From Thermodesulfobacteriota bacterium (GTDB taxonomy: Bacteria > Desulfobacterota > Desulfobacteria > Desulfobacterales > SURF-7), in assembly GCA_049320885.1 (NCBI GenBank), contig JBMORA010000001.1:132095-196094 (forward strand): a stretch of 64,000 nt of DNA, given 5' to 3'. The notes beneath the pieces are model-generated. The model searched no databases. It was not told the origin of the DNA and saw only the letters and a program-made list of their open reading frames with translations. The position numbers were made by a program, and so were the translations under genes. Below are positions 19,902-27,876 of the stretch, piece by piece. How positions within the stretch are numbered: position 1 is the first letter of the stretch; every line of letters starts with the position of its first letter.

Positions 19902-21883
19902 TTTCTCTTCATCAGGACATCCGGGATCCGGTATCCCTGGTACACGGCTTCCACGGTCCTGACCCTTTCCTCGATCTCCGCCTTCCCCAGGTATTTGCCC
20001 ACCTTGCCGAAACGATACCCCTCTAAATAAACAGGCCGTTCCGCGAACGTACTGGTCTGGTAGGCCACGGGTCGGCCGTTTTTCAGCTGAATGAACGGCG
20101 TGACCACCATGGTGTCCCGGGGAGTGTTCTCGCGGATATATTGCAGGGCCGCGTAGAGTTTCGGGGTAATAGTCTGATGGGCTTTTCGATAGTCGGTTTT
20201 GGAAAATTTGGCATCCATGGCCTGCCCGATTCTGCCGTACATGAAAAAATTATACGCATAGTCCTTGCGCACCCAGTTCGGCAGGCTCACAAACGGCAAC
20301 GCCAGGATCACCAGTGCCCCGACCAATCCATACAGCCGGCCGTTTCGGTAATAATCGGCCAGCAGGAAAAACACGTTTTCCCTTGCCAGATAGGACACGA
20401 AAAACAGATCCAGCAGGAAAACCGCGCTGGTGATGAAATAGGCCGTATCCTGGGGCCCCAGTCGGATACTGTAGGTGATGGCCAGGGAGCCGAGGATAAC
20501 AAAGAGAATTTTGGTGTGATTCTCCTCCATACCAGCGGTTTTCATCCAATAGGGCACCAGCAGGCGGTATGAAAAATACAGCAACAGATAGATGGGCAAA
20601 ATGCAAATGGTAAATACGGCATGGGCCGGGAGTTGAAACGATTCCGGCACATATTTGTAAATCACGTCCAGAAACGGCCTGGAAAAGGCATTGCCGGTTA
20701 CGTATGAAAGCGGAACCAACCAGGCGCCGGACTTGCCCGCCACCTTATCCACCAGCACCTGCCCCCGAACCGGCAGCCAGAAAAAAGCGCCGTAGGCCGC
20801 GGCGAACCCCGTGAGGCCGCCGCCGATATCGGCCAGGTCCCGCCCATTGAACCGCTTCCGGGCAACCTGAAAAACTCCCCAGAAAAGCATACCGGCTGCA
20901 AGCGAGGCGCCGATGGAGCCTTTTGCCGCCGTGGCCAGAAAAAAGCCTGTCAGATAGACCAGGAGGCTGCCGGTTTTGGTATAGCGACCGCTATGGATCA
21001 TCAGATGGATCACCGTAAAAAGCAGGATAATCCCCATGAAATTGGTATTGCTGTTCAGATAGGAGTTGACCTTGACCTCATGAACCAGGGAGAAGCCCCC
21101 GCCGAAAAGCAGCACCGCCAGGCCATAAAATAGATAGGCCCGTTTACCCTTGACGAATTGTTGGAGAAGAAGCGCCATGTTCAGGATCAGAAACGGCACC
21201 AGCGGCACGAAACCATATTGCAGGCCCACCATATGAGGGACCAGTCCGGTCACAAGCGCCAGGTGCGCGCCGAGAATGTGCACCAGGATATGATAGCCGA
21301 CACCGGGACGACTCTCCACGTTCAGGGACTTGAGGGGAAAGTCCGACACCAGGGAGACCGTATGCCCCGCATTCCAGACATGATCATGGAAAATATCCAG
21401 GGGCAGCAGGCCGGGCGTTGCCCTGGACAGAAAAAACAGCCCGTTGAGAATCAGAACGAACAAGAGAAAAACCGCAAGGGTCCAGCCGGACAAAGCCGCG
21501 GCGGCGCGGAAATGGTATCCCGCGGCATCCCGGAAAAGGTTCCTGAACGGCCCGGCTAAAAATGCAAGCATTGGCCAGACAACCCCGTAATAAAAACCAG
21601 GGAGTCCCGTCAACTGGCCGGCAAGATAGGAGGCGCATACATTGGCCAGGCCGAAGATGGTCGCCAGGGGAAGGAGGGTGTCCCAGGCCGGTTGATGCGT
21701 GAAATCCCGCTGGAAAAACCGCAAAAAAACCAGGGCCATGATATATCCCGGCAGGAGCACTGCGACGAAAAAATGGCCCAGGGCCAGAAACACGCCGTCC
21801 AAACCGATGGCAAACAGATAAAAGAACGCCAGGTTGGCGGCCAGCAACCCAATGGAAACCCCGATGGCAAGAGCTCTCATCAT
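19790..21883 (-). CDS. large polytopic membrane protein with a C-terminal soluble domain (candidate GT-C glycosyltransferase or Wzy-type polymerase)
   Basis: About 14 or more hydrophobic helices followed by a ~150-aa soluble C-terminus. The start is taken at ATGATG 21883/21880, preceded by AAAGGAG. The CDS is confident; the function is only an architectural guess. Confidence 0.6.
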   Translation of the reverse strand: MMRALAIGVSIGLLAANLAFFYLFAIGLDGVFLALGHFFVAVLLPGYIMALVFLRFFQRDFTHQPAWDTLLPLATIFGLANVCASYLAGQLTGLPGFYYGVVWPMLAFLAGPFRNLFRDAAGYHFRAAAALSGWTLAVFLLFVLILNGLFFLSRATPGLLPLDIFHDHVWNAGHTVSLVSDFPLKSLNVESRPGVGYHILVHILGAHLALVTGLVPHMVGLQYGFVPLVPFLILNMALLLQQFVKGKRAYLFYGLAVLLFGGGFSLVHEVKVNSYLNSNTNFMGIILLFTVIHLMIHSGRYTKTGSLLVYLTGFFLATAAKGSIGASLAAGMLFWGVFQVARKRFNGRDLADIGGGLTGFAAAYGAFFWLPVRGQVLVDKVAGKSGAWLVPLSYVTGNAFSRPFLDVIYKYVPESFQLPAHAVFTICILPIYLLLYFSYRLLVPYWMKTAGMEENHTKILFVILGSLAITYSIRLGPQDTAYFITSAVFLLDLFFVSYLARENVFFLLADYYRNGRLYGLVGALVILALPFVSLPNWVRKDYAYNFFMYGRIGQAMDAKFSKTDYRKAHQTITPKLYAALQYIRENTPRDTMVVTPFIQLKNGRPVAYQTSTFAERPVYLEGYRFGKVGKYLGKAEIEERVRTVEAVYQGYRIPDVLMKRNYVFLLDEATRKELAKQYAGRVLYDNGTWTVVRYVIE

Positions 21884-22069
21884 GACTCCTTTTGTTCTGG
21901 TCTCCCGCCTTGGCGGAAGCAACGGAAGAAGGACCTGTCGGCGTGTCACTCTATAGAAGGAACGGGATTGTTATATTCCGACTTCTGATTCCTGTCTACT
22001 GACTTCTATGAAGTCAGCAAAGTTTTCTTGTGGATGGATATTTGGGGGGTTGACGGACAGGAGAATCGT

Positions 22070-22100
22070 GTTCCCCGTGCGCCATCGGCGCACAGGGAAC
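22070..22100 (-). terminator. stem-loop downstream of paralog 1 (terminator-like, no U-tract)
   Basis: GTTCCCCGTGCGCC-atc-GGCGCACAGGGAAC, 13 nt after the stop at 22113. Its core is shared with the hairpin at 24721-24750. Confidence 0.45.
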
Positions 22101-22112
22101 ACGGATGGAACG

Positions 22113-24296
22113 CTACCTCATGGAAGGCGGCAGTTGGGTGAAATCATAATATTCGTAAAGACCGGTGTGAACGGAATTGAGATAGGTCAGCAACTGCTGG
22201 TCTGTATACCCATCGACGACATAACGCTTGATGAATCCCGTTTCAGCGCCGTTTTGCGAATTCCAGTTGGTGTAGAACATCCGGCCCTGGTGGAAGGTGT
22301 CGATATAGTATTTCCCGGAAAAGCAGGTGTTGAAGAAGATCATCTTGTATTTGCAGTCTTCCGGCTGGATGTCCTTGCTGTTGGTGGCATCTATGATGGT
22401 CTTGTTGCCGTACCGGGAGTCCTCGAAATGGGACCGGTATTCGTCCTGGTTGTCGATGCGGGAGGACTGCCGGGTGTTGGCGGGGTTGACCGCGGACAGA
22501 TAATCCGCGATCATCCGGCCGCTGCCACTGCCGGTAAGGGTCACGGTGACCGCACCCTCCACCACCGGATAGGTGCCGATGGAAGCAGTCACATAATTGC
22601 CGGCCGGTGTGTCGGCGGGTTCCCGCTGGTTCAGGGTGACGGTCCCAAGCACGGTGTTGTTCTGTTGGATGGTGTAGGTCACGGCTGTATCATTGTTCGG
22701 ATCCGGGTCATAGGTGACGGAAAAATCATAGGTGCCGGCCGGATTTCTGGTAGGATAGAATGCCAGGGTATACGTGAAGGTGTCCGCAATCGTCTGGTTG
22801 GGGGTGAAACTGTAGGTATACCCGCGGAATCCATAGAGGGTGCTGTTTTTCTGCACCGCCCAGTTGCCGCTGTATTCCACGTGGCTGAATTCCGGTTTTG
22901 AGTTGACGATGAAATAACTCGGGTTGTTCACCGGATTCGGCTTGGCGCCCGTGGGGGAATACCAAGCCGAGCCGCTGCCCTGGAAGCGCTCGAGGTATTG
23001 GCCGTTGGACGAGGCTTCCACCCGGTAGTGGGTGGGATCGCCCGGCAGGGTATAGGTCAGGTAATAATTGTAAGCCGGCAGGCGGCCCGCCGGATCATCC
23101 CAGCCATAGGGCCATTTGGCGTCGCTGCCGTCCTGATAGATGGGCGTCCAGTTGGGATAGGCCTGGCTGTAGCGGAACCCGGCGGTGGTGACATCCACCA
23201 TGTCCGAGGAGCAGTTGAAGATCAGGTTGTCGTCCACATAACGCACATTCTGGAGCGCGGTGTTAAACGGCGGGAAGGTCAGGCCCAGACCGTAATTGGA
23301 ATGCCCGCGGATCAGGATCACGGCGCCCTCTTCCCGGACTGCAGCCAGGAATTGTTCCTTGGTCTTCACCGGGTGGAAGAAATAGGTCACCCCGTTTTTG
23401 GGACTGGTGTAACGCCAGATCCCGTCCACCTTGACGGCGCCGTAGCGCGACAGGCTCTGGCCGGCCACTTCCGCGAAATTGGAAATGCCGCCGTAAATTT
23501 CCACGCAGTAGATATTTTCCGACGCGGAGGTCAGTTTGATGTAGGCCTCCTTCACCATGGTATCGCTGCCGAACTCATTGGAAGCGGTCAGGCTGACGGT
23601 ATAGTCACCGTCTTGGTCATACACATGGGCCGGATTCTCCTCGAAGCTGGTCTGACCGTCACCGAAATCCCAATACCATTCGGTGGCCGCGCCGCCGGTG
23701 CTCAGGTCCGTGAACTGGATCGTGGCAGGCGCACCGCCGATGGTTTTATTGGCGGAAAACTCCGCCACCGGCGGCAGGGTGTTGATCACCTCGGTGAACT
23801 TCACCGCATCGGCGCAGGTGGTATAGGTGCTGTTGGTGCCGGTTATGGTGACTGTGTATACAATACCGGCCACGAAGGAATAGGTTCCAAGGACATTCCA
23901 TTGCCCGCCGTTGACGCGCTGGTTGACCCGGACCGTGGCGGTTCCGTTGGCATGCCGGATGGCAATGGGCGCGCTGGTCACCCGGTTGGCAAACACCGTC
24001 CACCAGGCGGAGACTTCATATTCGGCTGTGGTGGGCGGAATGAAGGTATAGGTATAGGTCGCATTGTTTTTGGCATAGATGCTGTCCACACCATAGGGAT
24101 CCACGCCGCTGGAAACCAGCCACGTACCGGTATAGGACGTTTCATTGTCGCCGTTGTCGATGATGATGTCGGCCGCGGCAGAGGCGAGCCCCACCACCAT
24201 AGACAGTGTTAACAGGATAAATATACTGAATATACGGGCCGGAACCGGCCTCCATCTCGCATTTTTCTTTTCCGTGATGTTTCTGAAAGTGTTCAT
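22113..24296 (-). CDS. secreted multidomain protein, paralog 1 (one CBD-like+PKD module plus a conserved ~470-aa C-terminal region)
   Basis: GGAG lies 5 nt before ATG 24296. Signal peptide present. IIIDNGD...GTW...PYGVDS...NGGQWN...CADAVKFTE domain (golvesin/Xly-type CBD-like). PKD domain (WDFGDGQTS...NPAHVY). C-terminal region ends LYEYYDFTQLPPSMR. Confidence 0.85.
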   Translation of the reverse strand: MNTFRNITEKKNARWRPVPARIFSIFILLTLSMVVGLASAAADIIIDNGDNETSYTGTWLVSSGVDPYGVDSIYAKNNATYTYTFIPPTTAEYEVSAWWTVFANRVTSAPIAIRHANGTATVRVNQRVNGGQWNVLGTYSFVAGIVYTVTITGTNSTYTTCADAVKFTEVINTLPPVAEFSANKTIGGAPATIQFTDLSTGGAATEWYWDFGDGQTSFEENPAHVYDQDGDYTVSLTASNEFGSDTMVKEAYIKLTSASENIYCVEIYGGISNFAEVAGQSLSRYGAVKVDGIWRYTSPKNGVTYFFHPVKTKEQFLAAVREEGAVILIRGHSNYGLGLTFPPFNTALQNVRYVDDNLIFNCSSDMVDVTTAGFRYSQAYPNWTPIYQDGSDAKWPYGWDDPAGRLPAYNYYLTYTLPGDPTHYRVEASSNGQYLERFQGSGSAWYSPTGAKPNPVNNPSYFIVNSKPEFSHVEYSGNWAVQKNSTLYGFRGYTYSFTPNQTIADTFTYTLAFYPTRNPAGTYDFSVTYDPDPNNDTAVTYTIQQNNTVLGTVTLNQREPADTPAGNYVTASIGTYPVVEGAVTVTLTGSGSGRMIADYLSAVNPANTRQSSRIDNQDEYRSHFEDSRYGNKTIIDATNSKDIQPEDCKYKMIFFNTCFSGKYYIDTFHQGRMFYTNWNSQNGAETGFIKRYVVDGYTDQQLLTYLNSVHTGLYEYYDFTQLPPSMR

Positions 24297-24408
24297 AGTC
24301 TCCGTTCTCCCATTGTTATCTTGATACAAACAAGGATCATCATGTTGCGTGAATCCGGCCCACATCCATGGGCCGCATCCTTCCTGCTTTATGTACGGCA
24401 TCAGTAGA

Positions 24409-24423
24409 GCAATAGGCATGCCA
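24409..24423 (-). promoter_or_regulatory. sigma-54 (-24/-12) promoter of paralog 1, TGGCATGCCTATTGC on the minus strand
   Basis: Fits TGGCA(C/T)-N5-TTGC. It lies ~113 nt upstream of ATG 24296. The same element recurs before paralogs 2 and 3. Confidence 0.7.
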
Positions 24424-24520
24424 CCCGCCCCTGCCGGTCACAAAGAAATCCATTGTTATATTATTATGTAATTTGAAATATTTATAATATTTCAAAATCG
24501 AGCGGTTCCGACATGCAACC

Positions 24521-24556
24521 GGCTTGTGTAATTGTTTTCCTATTTATCATGTACCA
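24521..24556 (-). promoter_or_regulatory. conserved upstream block (candidate enhancer/UAS) of paralog 1
   Basis: Core TTTTCCTATTTAT (24535-24547) is identical to 27859-27871 and lies the same 112 nt from the -24 element. Confidence 0.45.
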
Positions 24557-24720
24557 TTTTACCGATATGCAGCACCTTACCGACTCATTTCTGCAACCCC
24601 GTTCCGTTGCAGGGAGGCATCCCACTCATTTTTTGCAGCACCAGGGGGTATCCAGATGCTATCGTTGGAGTTTCTTGTGGATGAATGCGGCTGGCGCGGA
24701 TGGCCGGGTGGGATCGTGCT

Positions 24721-24750
24721 CCCCGTGCGCCTGACAAAGGGCGCACGGGG
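24721..24750 (-). terminator. stem-loop downstream of paralog 2
   Basis: CCCCGTGCGCC-tgacaaag-GGCGCACGGGG, 16 nt after the stop at 24766. Confidence 0.45.
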
Positions 24751-24765
24751 AACAGGGCTGGCCTG

Positions 24766-27615
24766 CTACCTCATGGAAGGCGGCAGCTTGGTGAAATCAT
24801 AGTATTCATACAGGCCCGGATGTACGGAATTGATATAGGTCAGCAATTGCTGATCCGAATATCCATCCACGACATAGCGTTTGATGAATCCCGTTTCCGC
24901 GCCGTTCTGCGAATTCCAGTTGGTATAGAACATCCGGCCCTGGTGGAAGGTGTCGATGAAATATTTCCCGGAAAAGCAGGTGTTGAAGAACATCATTTTG
25001 TACTTGCAGTCTTCCGGCTGGATGTCCTTGCTGTTGGTGGCATCCAGGATGGTCTTGTTGCCGTACCGGGAATCCTCGAAATGGGACCGGTACTCATCCT
25101 GGTTGTCGATGCGGGAGGACTGCCGGGTGTTAAGGGGATTGACCGCCATCAAATAGTCCGCGATAATCCGGCCGCTGCCGCTGCCGGTAACCGTAACAGT
25201 CACAGCCCCTTCCACCACGGGATAGGTGCCAAGGGAAACGATTACATACTTGGCTGCCGCCGTATCCGCGGGTTCCCGCTGATTCAGGGTCACGGTCCCG
25301 AGCACGGTGTTGTTCTGTTGAATGGTATAGGTCACGGCCGTGTCATTGTTCGGATCCGGGTCATAGGTGACCCGAAAATCATAGGTTCCTGCCGGATTTC
25401 TGGGCGCATAGAATGCCAGGGTATAGGTGAAGACATCTGCTCCCGTCTGGTTGGGGGTATAGCTGTAGGTATATCCTATGAATCCATAAAGCGAGCTGTT
25501 TCTCTGGGCGGCCCAGTTGCCGCTGTATTCCACGTGGCTGAATTCCGGTTTCGTGTTCACAATAAAATAACTCGGATTGTTCAACGGATCGGGCTTGGCA
25601 CCGGTGGGGGAATACCAGGCCGGGCCGCTTCCCGCGAAGCGCTCGAGGTATTGGCCGTTGGACGAGGCTTCCACCCGGTAATGCGTCGGATCGCCTGGCA
25701 GCGTGTAGGTCAGGTAATAATTGTAGGCCGGCAGGCGGCCCGCCGGATCATCCCAGTCATAGGGCCATTTGGCGTCCGTTCCGTCTTGATAGATGGGGGT
25801 CCAGTTGGGATAGGCCTGGCTGTAGCGGAACCCGGCCGTGGTCACATCCACCATGTCCGAGGAACAGTTGAAGATCAGATTGTCGTCCACATAGCGCACA
25901 TTCTGGAGCGCGGTGTTGAACGGCGGGAAGGTCAGGCCCAGACCGTAATTGGAATGCCCGCGGATCAGGATCACGGCGCCCTCCTCCCGGACCGCCGCCA
26001 GGAACTGTTCCTGGGTCTTGACCGGATGGAAGAAATAGGTCACGCCGTTTTTGGGGCTGGTGTAGCGCCAGAGTCCGTCCACCTTGACGGCGCCGTACCG
26101 CGACAGGCTCTGGCCCACGACTTCCGCGTAGTTGGTGATGCCGCCGTAGATTTCAACACAGTAGATGTTTTCCGACGCAGAGGTCAATTTGATGTAGGCC
26201 TCCTTCACCATGGTGCCGCTGCCGAACTCATTGGAAGCGGTCAGGCTGACGGTATAGTCACCGTCTTGGTCATACACATGGGCCGGATTTTCCTCGAAGC
26301 TGGTCTGGCCGTCGCCGAAATCCCAATACCATTCGGTGGCCGCGCCGCCGGTGCTCAGGTCCGTGAACTGGATCGTGGCGGGAGCGCCGCCGGAGGTTTT
26401 ATTGGCGGAAAACTCCGCCACCGGCGGCAGGGTGTTGATCACCTCGGTGAACTTCACCGCATCGGCGCAGGTGGTATAGGTCGTGGAAACGCCGGTTATC
26501 GTGACTGTGTAGACCATTCCGGCTACAAAGGAAAAGGTCCCCAGGGAATTCCATTGTCCGCCGTTCAGGCGCTGGTTGACATAGACGGTTGCTGTTCCGT
26601 TTGCATGCTGGATGCGTATCGGCGCGTTTGTGACCCGGTTCGAATAGTAAGTCCACCAAGCGGACACTTCATATTCGGTAGTGGTGGGTGGAATGAAGGT
26701 ATACGTATAGGCGGCATTGTTCTTGGCATAAACGCTGTCGACGCCGTAGGGATCCACCGCAGTGGAAACCAGCCAGGTTCCGGTGAAGGAAGTGCCATTG
26801 TCCCCATTGTCGATGATGACTTCACCCGGATCTCCGCCGGTTCCGGCGCTGATGGTGATGTAGGCCGTCTTGACAGCCGTATCGCTGCCGAATTCATTGG
26901 CGGCGGTGAGGGTCACGGTGTACACGCCTTCCTGCTCATATACATGGGCCGGATTCTGTTCGGTACTGGTCTGGCCGTCGCCGAAATCCCACAGCCAATC
27001 CGCAGGAATACCGCCCGTGCTCCGGTCGCTGAACTGGATGGTGGAAGGAACCCCGCCGGTGGTCCTGTCCGCTGAAAAATCGGCTGCCGGCGGTAGCGTA
27101 TTGATGATTTCGGTGAATTTCACCGCATCCGCGCAGGTGGTGTAGGTGCTGTTGGTGCCGGTGATGGTGACCGTGTACACAACCCCGGCGACAAAGGAGA
27201 AGGTCCCCAGGGAATTCCATTGCCCGCCGTTCAGACGCTGGTTGACATAGACGGTTGTTGTTCCGCTGGCGTGCTGGATGCGGATCGGCGCGCTGGAAAC
27301 CCGGTTCGAAAAATAGGTCCACCAGGCAGACACCTCGTATTCCGAAGTGGTCGGCGCCGTGAAGCTATAGGTATAGGTTGCGTTGTTTTTACAGTAGATG
27401 CTGTCCACGCCATAGGGGTTGACACCGCTCGATACCAGCCAGGTTCCGGTTGCGGAAGTCCCGCTGTCGCCGTTGTCAATGATCACATCGGCTGATGAAC
27501 TGGCGGCTCCGAACACCAGCGAAAGGGACAGCATGATCACAACCGGTAAAAAATAGGCGTGCAGCTGCCTTGGCCTCATTTTTTTCTTTTGCAAATTATT
27601 CTTGAATGAATTCAT
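24766..27615 (-). CDS. secreted multidomain protein, paralog 2 (two CBD-like+PKD modules plus the conserved C-terminal region)
   Basis: GGAGG lies 6 nt before ATG 27615 (MNSFKNNLQKKK..., matching the N-termini of the other paralogs). Same domain plan as paralog 1 with one extra module. Confidence 0.85.
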   Translation of the reverse strand: MNSFKNNLQKKKMRPRQLHAYFLPVVIMLSLSLVFGAASSSADVIIDNGDSGTSATGTWLVSSGVNPYGVDSIYCKNNATYTYSFTAPTTSEYEVSAWWTYFSNRVSSAPIRIQHASGTTTVYVNQRLNGGQWNSLGTFSFVAGVVYTVTITGTNSTYTTCADAVKFTEIINTLPPAADFSADRTTGGVPSTIQFSDRSTGGIPADWLWDFGDGQTSTEQNPAHVYEQEGVYTVTLTAANEFGSDTAVKTAYITISAGTGGDPGEVIIDNGDNGTSFTGTWLVSTAVDPYGVDSVYAKNNAAYTYTFIPPTTTEYEVSAWWTYYSNRVTNAPIRIQHANGTATVYVNQRLNGGQWNSLGTFSFVAGMVYTVTITGVSTTYTTCADAVKFTEVINTLPPVAEFSANKTSGGAPATIQFTDLSTGGAATEWYWDFGDGQTSFEENPAHVYDQDGDYTVSLTASNEFGSGTMVKEAYIKLTSASENIYCVEIYGGITNYAEVVGQSLSRYGAVKVDGLWRYTSPKNGVTYFFHPVKTQEQFLAAVREEGAVILIRGHSNYGLGLTFPPFNTALQNVRYVDDNLIFNCSSDMVDVTTAGFRYSQAYPNWTPIYQDGTDAKWPYDWDDPAGRLPAYNYYLTYTLPGDPTHYRVEASSNGQYLERFAGSGPAWYSPTGAKPDPLNNPSYFIVNTKPEFSHVEYSGNWAAQRNSSLYGFIGYTYSYTPNQTGADVFTYTLAFYAPRNPAGTYDFRVTYDPDPNNDTAVTYTIQQNNTVLGTVTLNQREPADTAAAKYVIVSLGTYPVVEGAVTVTVTGSGSGRIIADYLMAVNPLNTRQSSRIDNQDEYRSHFEDSRYGNKTILDATNSKDIQPEDCKYKMMFFNTCFSGKYFIDTFHQGRMFYTNWNSQNGAETGFIKRYVVDGYSDQQLLTYINSVHPGLYEYYDFTKLPPSMR
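26160..27491 (-). repeat. 2 x 666-bp in-frame tandem coding repeat (CBD-like+PKD module), boundaries approximate
   Basis: The IDNGD anchor codons recur at 26806 and 27472 on the plus strand, exactly 666 nt apart. Confidence 0.85.
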
Positions 27616-27732
27616 ATTCATCCTCCGATGGTTGTTGTCCCGCTTGGAAACAAGAATGCGCCATATTTTATGAATCCACCTGTCATCCATGTGGCGCGAA
27701 CTTCCTAATTTTTCCTGTATGAACGTTTTAAC

Positions 27733-27747
27733 GCAATAGACATGCCA
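27733..27747 (-). promoter_or_regulatory. sigma-54 (-24/-12) promoter of paralog 2, TGGCATGTCTATTGC on the minus strand
   Basis: Fits TGGCA(C/T)-N5-TTGC, ~118 nt upstream of ATG 27615. Confidence 0.7.
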
Positions 27748-27848
27748 GCCCCGATACCAAAAAATGACGGGAAAATCAATTTTAATTTCTATTTTATTCA
27801 AACGAGTTATAAAATATTGCCGTCCAGCCGCGCTGGCCCGGAAAGAAC

Positions 27849-27876
27849 TATGCAATATTTTTCCTATTTATTGTGA
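27849..27876 (-). promoter_or_regulatory. conserved upstream block (candidate enhancer/UAS) of paralog 2
   Basis: AACTATGCAATATTTTTCCTATTTATTGTG. It shares the TTTTCCTATTTAT core with paralog 1 and the AACTATGCA...TTCCTAT part with paralog 3. Confidence 0.45.

Noticed and set aside
24513-24802. Small plus-strand ORFs (73 and 92 aa) in the paralog 1/2 intergenic region.
   Set aside because: No ribosome-binding sites. They run into the 3' hairpin and the stop region of paralog 2. The area is occupied by the promoter and upstream block of paralog 1.
24685-27075. Very long plus-strand ORFs antisense to the three paralogs: 796 aa here, plus 22008-22901, 22998-24212 and 27963-29672.
   Set aside because: Each shares the exact codon register (same triplet boundaries) with the minus-strand gene. 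Stops in that antisense frame arise only from sense TTA, CTA or TCA codons, which these genes avoid. The translations are low-complexity (G/V/I/R/H-rich) with no start context or motifs. They are shadow ORFs.
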